From Antedon mediterranea (Eukaryota > Animalia > Echinodermata), in the NCBI RefSeq assembly GCF_964355755.1, contig NC_092675.1, forward strand, positions 28,120,912 to 28,184,911: a stretch of 64,000 nt of DNA. Direction: 5' to 3'. The notes beneath the pieces were generated by a model. That model worked only from the letters and a program-made list of their open reading frames with translations, was not told the DNA's origin and did no database searches. Positions within the stretch are counted from its first letter, which is position 1. Each line of letters opens with the position of its first letter. Shown piece after piece: positions 13,423 to 27,100 of this stretch. The position numbers and the translations under genes were made by a program.

Positions 13423-14999
13423 TAAGACAGTGACCGTCGGGCCCTACACATCCCAAAAAGTGTGTTGTATTTTATAAAGTGCACATGGACAGGTGTGTTG
13501 TTTACTAGACCAATGGCTTCAGTCCTTATCTCAAGCAAATTGTTCAAATACTACAACCATAACAATGGAGAGCATTACAACCTGTTTTGTGTCTGTTATT
13601 TACAGCGCCTGTCTTAACCATATCAACTCGCTATCGGCTAGAGCATAATTGATTTCGTATACAATGGGAGGAACTAGAGCTCAGTTTAATAACCTACTCC
13701 CTAATATTGTGTAGTTTATGAGGAAATAATTAGATCTACTTTTGTAGTAATGTAATATTTATAGGCCTTATGTAATGAAGTAAGCACAGGATTTGAACTT
13801 CGTATAAAGTGACGGTACAAACTTAAAATGCTTTTTTTAAAACTTTCTGTACATCCGTGTCAACTATTTTTGGTGGAAAATATAGCAGTACTTTAAACTA
13901 GAACAGAAACAAACGCTGGTTGGTATTTTACCTTGTGTAAAATTCCCTTTTTTTCATGTGTATAGCACGTACTGTGTGTACGCTTCATGAAATAATGTTG
14001 TTGGTTGTAAATGACATGCATACCTAGGGTAGACCGGAATGACGCTCTTGGCTGGATTAAGTAGGTGAAACTATAGTTGTATGGTTTAAGCAGTTGTCCC
14101 TATTTCACTGTCCTTGCCTAAGTATATTACAAGACGATATCGTCTAGACAATATACGTAGCTATCTCAAGGGGTTAACAAGTTGCTGGCTGCAACGGAAA
14201 TTTCACTCGCTATCTTTGACACAGCATGTCTTTATAATGAGGATTGAAGACGCATCAGCATCTACTTTTCACGTACGCCCAGTGTTTATATTATAAGATA
14301 TACACTAAATCATTTGAGATCCAACAAATATTGATGATAAATTATCGACTTTTTAAAATGAAAACTAGATTAAAAAATATTGATTGATGACGTTAGAATA
14401 TCCATATTCTTGATATCCATAATTTGATACCAGCCACTTTAAAATTTCTTTCCATGGGTGTTTAGTTATTAGCTTGTCTAGTATTACAATACAACAAATT
14501 TAAAGCATTTATTGTAATGTTACAGGTGAAGGGAACATTGCTTGTATGTTAATTCAAAATGAATGCAACATGTTTTTATTTCAATCAATTTTCTATGATT
14601 TTATCATAATTGTAGTGTTAACATTTTTAATTGTAATTATAGTTACAATTTTATAATAAATTTATTGTACAGTACGCAAATGTAGGATTACCCTATAGAT
14701 GCAATCATTTGGAAGAAAATAACATTTACAAAATAAACAGATGCGAAATAAATTTGTGAATTTTGTCAATTTCAATTAATTGTATAAAAGTATACAGTAC
14801 AGTTTTTGTAACTGTCGTCGTTTGAACATTGTCTAAAAACCAAAAACCACTGGAAAGCATAAAGTACATTTAAGGAGTATCGGATATTAATATAAAATGA
14901 CCGCCGACACAACATGCACTTAGAAAAAAAAAATCTTTTTTTCTCTGCTTACTCAGATTGTGGACGTTAACGAATGAATTTCCTTATATGAGCAGTCTA

Positions 15000-15520
15000 A
15001 TCATTACGATCTTCCTCTTTCCTCTTATTTTCACAGTCTGCACCGTCACTTTATGATCACTACGACAGTTGATCAGCTTGTCGATGACGCTGCAGAGATC
15101 CTTAGCGCGTCGTCCAATCAAAACAGTACGTTCCCAGCCAAGGTGCAAACAAAATTGTGCCAGTCATTTTACTAAGCTGTATTGATGTGTACTATTTTTA
15201 GGGTAGTGATTCGATGATGATTTAGCATTGTATATGTTGTAGTGTGTAGTTGAGATTGGCCCAGGTTGGGTAGCTGGCTTACTGAGCCTGCGTTTTGAGG
15301 GTCATTCAACCGGAGGGGTCAAGGAGGAAAATGGGCGGATTAGATTACAGGTCAGGAATTGTCACTTTTTGCTAATTGTCTGAACGCTTGAATTATAACG
15401 CGTGTTCGCAACAACACTCATTGTTGTATCTGACAGTGTGCTGAACAGATCGTAGTAACTTTTAGTAAACTTTGTGGATGTTAACATGTTTGCTTGTTAA
15501 TCAGGATTTTATCTTGTGTG
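15000..15520 (+). promoter_or_regulatory. Candidate KEAP1 promoter / non-coding 5' exon
   Basis: A locally GC/CpG-richer block with CCAAT and GGGCGG, ending in a plausible donor (GTG|GTACGT at 15520). The coding exon's acceptor is at 16275. Confidence 0.35.
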
Positions 15521-16346
15521 GTACGTATGTACAATCACTCTCAGTATTCAACTATTTATTTATTGATAATTATTATTTCAATTAATAAGATTTTAATTAC
15601 ATTTTTTTTCCACAGCATTTATATTTTATTTTCCAGATAATTTTAAACCTCATTCATTCATTTGTGCTTTTTTTGTGTGTTTGTTTAAATTGTACAAAAT
15701 TTAATTTACTATCAAATATAAATGTATTATTTATAAAATGTTATGTTTTTATCTATCTTGTTGTGTATGGAATATGGTAAACCATATCATCTGTGTAAAC
15801 ACATGTATTCATTCATTTTTATTCAATATTTCTTTGAAAGACTGTGACTGAATTATTTAATAACAGAGGAATTTTATTTGCCTTCATGCAGAATCATAAT
15901 ATGAATAAATTTTCTTGCGAATGCCTGATAAGCATGCGGTTAAATACTGTATACATCTGTGCTTTAGTTTTATTACTCAGCATTATATGCTATCATCAGC
16001 TTTAGTTATTGTGTTGAAGAAAACTTGATGATAGACAATCAGCAGTTTGTTGCTAACTTCCTACTACAATGAAGTAGGCTCGTTTCACATACTTCAAATG
16101 TAATAACTATATCACATGTTTTAAATGTGAAATAGAAACTATGTACTGTAAAGAGCGAAAGTTTTATGTAAACTTATACTATGATTTTAGAAATGTTTTT
16201 GCTTTTAAAATTGTATTTATATCAAATGAATTGTCATATCACATTTATTTATTGTTTGTGGTTTTTGTTATACAGGCAGCGTCTTCCCGTAATTTAGCCA
16301 GCATTTGTCATAAGTCTGTCATCTGTGGATCCACAAAAGCATTTTG

Positions 16347-19300
16347 ATGCCAGCAACTGTGTGTAACTGTTTCGTTGGAAACTCGTCGCTTGGTGATGCG
16401 GCTGAAGCTTGTCATTGCGGTCCAGACAAGATGGCAAACCCAACCCCGATACGTTCTAAAAAGGACGTCATACCTTGCACCCCGACCGGGGATCAAGAGG
16501 AGAAATCGCAAACCGAAGATATCACATTTCGAAAGGCTTGCAACGGCTCTGTAATATTTAAAAGCAACAGACATCCAAACAGTGCATTCAAGCAATTGAA
16601 TGAACTTCGACAGTCTAAAACATTATGCGATGTGACATTAGTGGTGGAGACTGTAAAATTCCATGCACATAAATGTGTTCTTGCAGCATCAAGCCTCTAC
16701 TTCAAAGCGATGTTTACTGGTGGATTTGATGAATGCGAGAAAAAAAACATTGAGTTAAAAGATATCCACCCGTGTTGTTTTTCACAGATTGTTGACTTTA
16801 TGTACACCTCTGAAATCACGATAACGGAATGCAATGTTTTGGAGTTGCTTCCAAAAGCTATTATGTTCCATCTGAAGGACATTATCGATGCATGTAGCAT
16901 GTTTCTAGAACAAGAACTCGATCCAAGTAACGCAATTGGTATTTCACTATATGCACAACAACATGGTCTCATGGACTTGCAAAAAACAGCTCAGGAGTTT
17001 GTCTGCAGGAATTTTACTAAAGTCAGTGAAAGCGATGAATTTCTTAATCTTAACTCACGGGAGATTGTAACGTTAATCAAATACGACAAACTGAATGTAT
17101 GGTGCGAATCTGAAGTATATAACGCATGCATTCGTTGGGTGAGGCACGATGAAGGAAAACGTAAAGCATGTTTTGACAAACTATTAGGAGGTGGAATTCG
17201 TTGTGAACACCTCACACCAGACTTTCTCAGAGAACAATTAGAAAAATGTGACATTCTCCATTCTGAACCAAAATGCAAAGACATTCTTTCAAAATACTTT
17301 AAAGAGTTAACTTTACATAAAGCACCACCAAGACCGAAGAGAAACCCAATTGCAGCTTGCGTAATATATACGGCTGGCGGGTATTTGCGACAATCGTTAA
17401 CAAATATGGAGTGTTATTGTCCAGAGGATGATCGTTGGTACAGGTTAGCATATCTTCCAGAACCGCGTAGTGGTCTTAGTGCTGCAACGATACATGGATT
17501 TTTTTATGCCGTCGGTGGTCGAAATAATACGTCAGAAGCAAACACGGACTCAAATCGTTTAGATGTTTATAATCCATTAACAAATCAATGGCATAGTAGA
17601 GCCCCAATGTCAGTACCAAGGAATCGTGTTGGTGTAGCCGTACTCGACGGGCAATTGTACGCTGTTGGTGGTTCGCAAGGCTGTCATCAACATAACTCTG
17701 TTGAAAGGTAAATTTACCAAAAACTATTCACTTATAAATTATAAATAATAATTCTATGTTTATACTTAAATACTGTTAGTTTAGTTTTTAGATAAACATA
17801 TGTATTTGTTCACTATAGGTATGATCCTGACCTGAATAGGTGGGAAAACATAGCATCTATGAGGACAAAGCGACTTGGAGTTGTCTGTGCAATTGTAAAT
17901 CGTCTCTTGTACGCCGTAGGAGGATATGACGGCCAAGAAAGACTGTCTAGCGTAGAGTGTTACCATCCAGAAAATGATGAGTGGATCACTGTTTCACCAA
18001 TGAACACGAAGAGAAGTGGTGCTGGTAAGTGTTTCTGTTTTTGGTTTGTGGATATAAATGCTGCAGGGTGACATTGAATGGGAATTTCTAAAACTTGTAA
18101 AATTTTATGAAAACTGAAAGGAGGAAGTGCAATTTTGAAGCATCAGAGAATACAAATTTGAATTACTTTGTAATTTATTAAAAGTAAACATTTGGGAGGT
18201 GTAGATATTAAGTGATGGCTTCAATTCAAGTCAATTTTCTTGCAGTATGTAGAATTAAAAATTGTGGTTTATAATATAAATGCCCTTTAGGCATTTTAAA
18301 TATGTTGATAAAGCCTTCATAAGAGGAAAGATCACTATGACCCAAGTATTTTGTTGTCTTTCTAAAACGGAATTACTTAATTATGTTCGTTTCTTGAACA
18401 AGATTACGACTGGCTTACTATCAACTTTATTGAAAAATTGCTGACACATCGTATCACCAGCTAACTTGCTCTGTTTAATTTGCGAAGTGTCAAAGATTGC
18501 TTTAAACCAAGTCACCGTAAAAAACCTAATTTGAACAACTTTATTCTAACCAGCAAACCAAATTCATGTCTATGATATTCCACGGCGGCCAATTTGTTAT
18601 AATTTTCACAATAATATCAATTTTAGGTCATTCAAACAAAAATTGCCAGAAATAATTTGACCCAATTTTTAATCTATAATCAGTTTGTTATTTTTGGAAA
18701 CTTTTTTTATAGAAGTGATTCATTTTCTGCCTTAGTGGCCCAGTTGTGATTGTCCCAAAAATTAATGACTTGTTATATATATATTTATTTGATATTTGAC
18801 AAATCAAACTAAGCCTATTTCGTGTAATCTCACTAATACTAATTCATTAAAGCGATTTGTAAATAGTCGTTTACCAGCATGTCAGTATAATCAAATTGCA
18901 TGATTGTGCAGAAATTGTTCCTGGCATGTCTAAGCACCGGAAATTTACAATTTTGGTTAGATAATAGAGTTAATAATGATGTGGATAAAAACATTATTAC
19001 GTCTTTTGTTAAAGAAACAATCTCTTTTAGACAGTTTATAACAAGTTTCAGATGTATGTCAATAATATTTAGATCTTTTATAACGTCAAGTGATGTAAAA
19101 GATATTTACAGCAAAAAGTTCTGGAAAAAATTAAATTAAAAAATCTATTAAACAATTGCTCTCTGACACCTTGTCAAATTCATGTCTCATTAGCAGTAAT
19201 GAGAAAAGTTAGAATAAAGCTCTGAAAAAGGACAAATTTAAATAAAAAAGTAAAAACCATTTTAAAACACCCTTATTTTTATAAGTTAAATTACAGTTAC

Positions 19301-20799
19301 AATACTTATGGCAAACAAAATATTGAATTTTAAAATGTAACACAGACAGAGTTTTTAGAATTTGTTTAATATTTCTCTGAGATGTTTGAATTGCTATCAA
19401 TTGAAGAACGTAGGCTAGCTGACACACACGGGAGCAAGCAAACTGATTGAATTTCTTATGATTTCCTTTTCTGAAGAGCCTTCCTATAGGCAATGATTGA
19501 GTGTATGTTACTAATATAATATTGTACTATTATCTGAGGCTTTAACTTCTGTCACAAGTTTGCTATTAAATAGTACACAACTCTGGACATTGTTAACAAA
19601 AATATTACAACATTTTAACAGCAAATTAAAGAAATCTCGGTTAAATTAATTCAGAGTATTAATTATAATTTTAAAAGAGCATGAAAATAAACACTCGATA
19701 AAAACCACAATATTTTTAAACAGGATATTTGATGATTAACTGACAAAAAGAGGAAGTATAAACTGTTAATTGATTAAAGTATTGTTATTTTACGTTCTTT
19801 ATAAGAATAAGGAAACCGATATCCATAAGATATGACTAAATTTCATTTGTCATTTTAAGTCATACAACACAAATCCATCTAAAATTTTTCATTTTTTTTG
19901 GTCAACATAAATATTGTTTATTCAGTCCTTAATAAATATATTAATTGTTTTAAGAAAAGTAAATAAATATAATAAAATGAATTAATAATTTTATTTATTT
20001 TTCTTCTTTCAGGAGTGACAAGTCTTGGCGATTATATTTTTGCCGTTGGTGGATATGATGGTGTTAATCAATTGAACAGTGTAGAACGATACGATGTAAA
20101 AAAAGATACATGGGAATTTATTGCACCAATGAACTCGAGGCGTAGCGCCCTCAGTGTAGATGTGGTTGGCGGAAAGCTATATGCTTTAGGTATGTTTTTA
20201 TTATTGTAGTAATGTTTTGATAACATAATGATTTAAGTATGACTTATTCCAGTATTGTTTAAATAAAGTATTTGAAGTAAATACATTAAATCTATAAATC
20301 CTAGCTCTTTTAAATTCTGTAAATTCTTGTGGTGAAAATCTTACAAAGTGCAGATAATGAATCTAGCAAAGTCATTCACGGATGACAACATTTAAAAAGA
20401 AAGTTTTTATTGAAAGTTAGTGCTAATTAGATGTTACTCATTTCAGTATGATTTCTAAACCAAACTTTCTAAACTTTAGAGAGGACCGTTCACTTTCATA
20501 TTATGTATCTATGGCAAAAAAAAGTATACTAGATATTAACCTACTTGCCTTAAAATTATGTAAACATATACATGGTCACTTATCAACGATTTTAATTTAT
20601 TTTCATAGGTGGTTACGATGGGCAAGAGTTTTTGAGCTCAGTTGAATGCTACGATCCTGAAACCAGTAGATGGACGATTGTTACGAATATGACATCAGGA
20701 CGTAGCGGAGCGGGCGTTGCAGTTGGTATGGAGCCTTGTCGGACTGGTTTATGCGGAGTCCGTCGTAATGCAGCTCAAGTGATGACAAACGCATCATAA
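16347..20799 (+). CDS. KEAP1: Kelch-like ECH-associated protein 1 (BTB-BACK-6xKelch Cul3 adaptor for Nrf2/CncC); join(16347..17707,17819..18024,20013..20189,20609..20799), 644 aa
   Basis: Contains BTB ([28 protein letters not shown]), BACK/IVR ([24 protein letters not shown]) and Kelch repeats with Keap1-specific motifs ([37 protein letters not shown]). All introns are GT-AG and in phase. An in-frame TAA at 16311 makes ATG 16347 the first start. Internal exons of 206 and 177 nt match human KEAP1 exons 4 and 5 as I recall them. Confidence 0.96.
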
Positions 20800-22272
20800 C
20801 AATGGGCTTTTTTGTTTGCTTCTAGACATCTTTAGACATCTTTTGATCGTACACTGCTGCTTGTGAAATCTACATGCATTAGTAAACTTAATTCGCACTA
20901 TATAATAATAACACTGCAAAACAGACAATTTAATAGTTCTCCTAATAAATTTTAAAATAACCTCAAATTGAAAAGTGTTGTTTCGATCATGCAATGGTCT
21001 TTTGTTTTGGAAGAAATTATATTAAAATCACTTACCGTTGCGATTTTTACTATTTTTCAAATCATTGGTTATTTTATTTTTAATTGGGAAAATCAACAAT
21101 TTCTTAACAGTTAATATTAGGTATCTTTGCAGAAAAGTGTTGAAATTATATTTGTTTTTTTGTTCCAAAATTATGCAATATTTAAAAAAGTTTATTTAAA
21201 AAATGCTATTTAGTATGCCGTATACCTTGATAAAAAAGCACTCTTCCATGCGGAAGGGTTTTAATGATTTAAAATTTGTTTGACTGCCGCCCTCTAGGAG
21301 TTTGTTATAATATTGTTTGAAGGTGTGATCTCAGTTTAGTCTTGAGTTTTAGTATCATATGAGGAAGGAAATGAAAGTGTTTTTTAGACAGTCTAAAAAA
21401 CTAATATTATTACTATAGTCAAATTAAAATATACAAGGCCTTTAAAAGGTTTTCAGATTACATTTACAGTGTACTATATTCTCTAGCAGTACAAAACACA
21501 ATATAATATACAACTCTACTCTAATTCAATCCGTTAATTAACTATTAGTGAACTATACCCCTTTAATACCATCAGCAGTCATAAGTACATTTGTAATTGG
21601 TTTCTTAAATGTTTAATTAATAATATGAAAGTGGTGTTTGCCAGACTTGCCAATCTGTTTTTGGTGATTAATAATGAATATGTTTATAATTATGTATGTT
21701 TAATTTACGTTAATTCTGCTTTGCTTGCTGATTTAAGAAATCAAAATGATTGTGTTGTTTTCTAGTACCATTGTACAAGATGGCAATAAACAATATTTGT
21801 TTCTATACGATGACAGGTTGTGCTTAATTTAATTGATAGTTTTGTTTAGAAGCATTGTGATAAAAAAAAAAGTAAAAGTATAAAAACATGTACTGCCAAT
21901 ATTTGAGCAGGAGGATGTGGTGCTTGAACTGGTATATTATTTATATAACATATATATAAATATCTATATATATATTTCTTGATTTTGTTATGGATGATAT
22001 CAAGATGTGTTGAACGATGCAACCAATTTTAAGATGAGTTGGTGTTAGGGGTGTAGATAAAATGTGTATGTAATTGTTGTTAAATAATCCTAAAATGTAA
22101 TATTTTGTACATTATAACCTTACAAGAGCTTTGTTGAGCTCAATATAAAAGCTCTTCCATGTTTGAAAATTCATATTATGTAAGTTATCTTTCCAGTGAT
22201 GTTTAATCAAATAAAAAATGCAATTTAAAATGATCCTCTTTGCTTTGTATGTATTGTGATGACTCTGAAATA

Positions 22273-22605
22273 ATGCTTGACGACGATGATTTCAGTGGGA
22301 ACAGAGTTTAGAAAACTTGAATGCTTCTTAATAAAATACTTAATTTAAATGGTTTTTATGCTTGACTCCGATGATTACTGTGGGGACAGAGCTTAGAAAA
22401 CTTGAATGCTTCTTAATAAAATACTTAATTTAAATGGTTTTTATGCTTGACTACGATGATTACAGTGGGGACAGAGCTTAGAAAACTTGAATGCTTCTTA
22501 ATAAAATACTTAATTTAAATGGTTTTTATGCTTGACTCCGATGAATAAAGTGGGGAGTTTAGAAAAAGTTGAAAGCTTCTTAATAAAATAACTTAAATGG
22601 TTTTT
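22273..22605. repeat. Tandem repeat, 85-bp unit, about 3.9 copies
   Basis: Units start at 22273, 22358, 22443 and 22528 (ATGCTTGAC...GGTTTTT). Confidence 0.95.
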
Positions 22606-22856
22606 CCCTAAGATGTACTAAAGAAAAAGGTTCCTGACTAATGTTTATTTTGCTTAATCCAAGACAGATGAATAAAGAAGATGAAACAACAACAAAGAAA
22701 GTGGCTTTGGTATGTATTATATTAAAGTACACTGCTAAAATGAAATAGAAAAATGTATAGAATATCACATTATTGGTGTACAAAATGAGCTCATATCATA
22801 TTTATTTATTAATATCAAAGTTAACATCAAAATAACTGAATTCTGAGCTTGTAACC

Positions 22857-22945
22857 CAGTGGCCGTATTCATCAACCATACTGTGAGATATTTCTCTTAA
22901 TACTTAATATTTTAAAGTATTTTCCTATGGTGAACACAGCCACTG
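22857..22945. mobile_element. Small MITE-like foldback element
   Basis: CAGTGGCCGTATTCA ... TGAACACAGCCACTG imperfect TIRs; related internal sequence (GTGAGATATTTC.CTTAA) occurs near 9960-10085. Confidence 0.5.
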
Positions 22946-23585
22946 GAATACAATGCATCCACTTTACAGGCCTCATGTATTAATATTACTGTATTACTAT
23001 TTTATGATTTTTTAACAATTCCCTGAGCTATAGCTCAGGTTTTTGTTTAAAAATAAGCAAATGTCGATCCTCTTGTAATTTGATACAAATTGGTTGTACG
23101 ACACCATACCTGTATACAAGTCCATGCACAATATTAGCACATAATAAATTCTGAACAGTCCATATTTTGGGTGATTTTTTTTTAATCACTGAGCTATATA
23201 TGCTGATGTTTTTTTTAACACTCTTGTATATCGATACAACTTGGATGCATGACACCATAGAATGATGAAAGCACAGAGATGATATATCCCATAATAATTA
23301 AATTTTGAAATGTTTATAAACCTATCAAGTTGGATTTATACACATGCTCACTTTTTTCAGACTAAACAAAAAACGATAAAACAACTGTTACACAAACTAT
23401 TAATTTAATATAGTAGCCATATAAATACATATAAACTTTTTGATAAAAAAAAAACATCTAAGTCTAATGCATATTTCCAATGCAAAAAATATAGTTACTG
23501 ATCAGTACTACATTGTGAACATTACCAATTATCACTTTTAAAATCATCATAAAGTGCATATCTCATTTACATACAACATGGCTAA

Positions 23586-23744
23586 AGCTGTCTACACTAC
23601 TAAACTAGTTTGACAAAAAAAAGTATAATGTGGCAAAATATGGTAGTGATATGCCCAAATATGGTAGTGAAATGACATCATCATGTCCATATATGGGTAC
23701 ATCACATTTTTTGTCACATAAAGTTTGATAGTGTAGTCAAGGCT
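23586..23744. mobile_element. Tourist-like MITE family A (reverse orientation)
   Basis: Same TIR and internal repeats as 8598-8753; flanked by TAA/TTA. Confidence 0.8.
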
Positions 23745-23745
23745 T

Positions 23746-24070
23746 TATCACGTTTTGAAACACCGGTTCTCGTCGGATCATAGAAGTTAAGCAACGTTGG
23801 GCCTGGTTAGAGCTTGCATCTGGGAATATATATGGAGCTGGGGTCCAAATCAGCATTGCTGACTCCTATGGCAGCCCCTGCATCTAGTATCTGCCTCAGA
23901 CGTATTGGCCCATGCTTTTCCTCTGGTCAAGGTGGGCACTGGACGAGAGAAGCCCTTGATCAATGTTAGGACCAATCAAGGTGCTTTAAACAGTCCTGGC
24001 TTTGTTTGTATCAAACCTGTTAGTGGCAGTAATTATCGCTGTTGGTTTTGATTGAATAAAATAAAATAAG
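23746..24070 (+). mobile_element. 5S rRNA-derived SINE (SINE3-like)
   Basis: 23746-23828 follows metazoan 5S rRNA (ACACCGGTTCTCGTC.GATCA..GAAGTTAAGCA.CGT.GGGCCTGGTTAG...CTGGGAATA) with a deletion across box C. It is followed by an unrelated body and an (AAAAT)n-like tail. Confidence 0.75.
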
Positions 24071-24171
24071 ATAAAGACACATGTTCCAGTTCAACAGTAA
24101 AGTAAACAGACATTACTAGCAACAAGTAGATCACAAATGGGGACTGCAAACCAAAAGCAAGATGTCACTAC

Positions 24172-27100
24172 TCAGAATAAGTCATCTTCAATGTCAAGTG
24201 ACGTAAGTGATGGAGAACTAAGAAGATCATCATCATCATCATCCTCCTCAACACCATCTGGAAGATCTGAACCATCTGGTAGATCTGAAAGGGAGCTAAG
24301 AGACAGGGTATCTTCTGAAAGAATAAGAGTAAATAAATGGTTTATTTAAATGATCTATAAAGGACCATGTGATTGTAGTCTGGTTGGATGAATGAAATTA
24401 GAAAATAAGAACAAAATTAAGATGATGAAGATGTGATACATTTAAAACCAAGTCTTTTGGGTTTGGTAGGCCAACATCTTAACTACTAAAATCTATATAA
24501 TATGTTAAATTTTAAAACTACAATAGACAATATCATTACCTAATATGGAAACATAAAATGACATGCCCAAAAGAAAGTAAAATTAAGATATCTTAAAAAG
24601 GAATACGTACAAGGACCTAAAATAACATCTTTTTTTTTTATATCATATCCGATAAACAAAAATTATCATGACAATGTTAATTACCATCTACATTGAGAAA
24701 GTGAACTATAAAAGAATAACAACACACAACGAATAAATCTGTTTATTCATTATGATCATCCATATTATTCTTAGGGAAAAAAATCTTTCTTTTGTGACCC
24801 ATCTAAAAATGCTACAGGGAAAAGCGTGCCTAATTATGTTCCCAATTATGTCTCAAATTTTAATTAGCAATTGATGTCACAAACATTGCATCCTCCTCTT
24901 GGGATCGACGGAGGTGAACAGAATGATACATGAAACTCTCTAGAGTAAGGAAGTTCGCTAATTACGAACAAATCACGACATCTAGGGTAGATTATGTAAG
25001 TCATGTAACTCACGGCATGAACCGTGTTAAACAATAATTTGCATCATTAAACACAAATCACATGACATGCTAAATTGTATGATTAAATAGAATAGAGCTT
25101 TGAGGATAAAGCAAATATTTAACTATATTCTATTTTTATATTAACAATTATAAGTTAAAAAACCAAAGCATAAACAAGACCAGAAACAATTAATATATGT
25201 TTGCATTTGTAGGTTTGTTACGTTTTTTAAAGACCTTTATTAAAGACCTGATTAAGCGATGGGTTAAGAAAGGGGAATGACCAGTGGCGTAACGACTATG
25301 AGCGCTCACTGGCTAAACCCAGGCAGGGCCCCAGCCAGAGCTTAGAAGTGTGCGAAAGAAAAAACTTGTATTAAAATATGTCGAAAAAGTCTCAAAACGT
25401 CCGAGGTCTCCTACGGTTCCTAAACCATGGGGCCTTAGGCCTCTGCATTACGCCACTGGGAATGACCTCTCCAAAATCCAAAAAAGTATTATGATAACTC
25501 TATTATAAAGTATTACTACTGTATCTACCATTTTACATTTGTAGGTTTTAGCTTTTCTATTGTTTTTTATTCATATGTTGTCATATGTTCCCCTCTCTAC
25601 ATCATGTAAAGCTCTGTCTACACTATCAAACTTTATGCGACAACACAAATGTGATGTGCCCATATACAGTATAGACATAATGATGTCATATTACTACCAT
25701 ATTTGGGCATATGACTACCATATTTGGGCACATCGTTTTGGGCTTCATGAGATTGCTTTCTGTTTACTTTTTAACTGAATATGTACAGTATTTTATAAAT
25801 GTTTTGGAAAACATTTTAAAATGTATAACAAATATAACAATCTATATTTGCAGAACAGGACTTTTATTATCATGTAATATGAATAGTTGACAATTAAAAA
25901 TCCATGTACATCAAAATTAATTAATCAATAAAACAAAGTCATCTAATTAAAATGTACAGAAAAAGTGTAAAACCAAAACCATCTTACAAGTCCCTAACAT
26001 GTCAAGGATGACTTTCCAAACTCTATCAGCCACAAGATAAAAATCTGATGTTCATTATTTTTTGACACTATCATCTTGTCCCCGATTTCCTTCTCAATTT
26101 TTTCCATTTGTAATTTTAACAATAACATCTGCTTGAAACGGGTTCGCGACCTCAGATACTGAAAGCAAAAATCTGATTGCTCATCATTTTTTTAAAAGAA
26201 CAATAGAGAATGGAAGATGAGACAACTCTTTGCAGTTTTCAATTTCATATGGTTATGTTTCGATACTCTACAACTAATGACATGTCTCTGTCATTCAGGG
26301 TTTGTCACTAATTAATTGCCAGGATGTTTCAAACTTTATCAAAAATGATAACAGACAAATCAGGGCATAAGGGCATGAGTTTATTAGGTCTGAATCTGAT
26401 ACAGCATTCTAGATGTTAATTCATTTATTAAAAAAAAATTTGTTGCACATTCAACCTCATGTTTATGGTGACCATATAAATTAGATTTCAGGGGACACCC
26501 CTATTAGGGGGACAATTTTTGTGTGCCACGGGGAAACACTTTGTTGGGTTGTGGTGTAATTTCCCCTTAATGGAGTTCTTACTGTAATTGATATCAATCA
26601 ATTTATTGTAAAGTTTATCACCGGCACACAGTGGTACTTCTAATAGAGAGACACCATCGTCAGCATGATTAATGATATATTATAACTGTAAAGTGTAGGG
26701 AAGATGTTTTTAAGTTTAGTTTAACTTCAGATTGCAAAACATCTTTTTGTTTGTCACTATGTGGGTGATGTGTAAGGGAAGGGGTGACAAATAGATTGTT
26801 TTGATGCCTTAAAATGAATATTTTTTTTGTTTTATGTTATGTTGACTCTGCAAAATAAGACTTGATACGTGATAGGGGATGGGGTGGGAGAGGGATGGAT
26901 TCCCATGTATTCTAGTGGTACAACGGTTGTTTTATAAAGTATTTACTGAACTATGCAGAACTTAATAGTTACAGTCAACTTGCAACTCCGCATGACTTTA
27001 AAACCATTTTGCCTCCTCGTGTGAAAACACACTTCCCTTTCTGACACATCGTGACAGATGAGTGATAGCTATAGTCTTATCTAAGATTTAGCAATTAAAT

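Noticed and set aside
1468-14296. Short ORFs in the first 14 kb as genes
   Set aside because: No domain-like content and no chain of phase-compatible exons. Several derive from a SINE (1468), a tandem duplication (4175) or the Harbinger element (12828).
16308-17284. Minus-strand ORFs overlapping KEAP1 (and similar ones inside the GPCR and propeller exons)
   Set aside because: Antisense or alternative-frame shadows of long coding exons with no recognisable domains.
22273-22605. CRISPR-like array or snoRNA cluster
   Set aside because: The whole 85-bp unit is repeated with no variable spacer, and no convincing C/D box pair is present.
23746-23828. Functional 5S rRNA gene
   Set aside because: The 5' and 3' ends are missing, box C is deleted and there is no T-run terminator. 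It is treated as a SINE head.
24137-24349. Ser-rich + strand ORF
   Set aside because: Antisense shadow of the Asp-rich last exon of the minus-strand gene.
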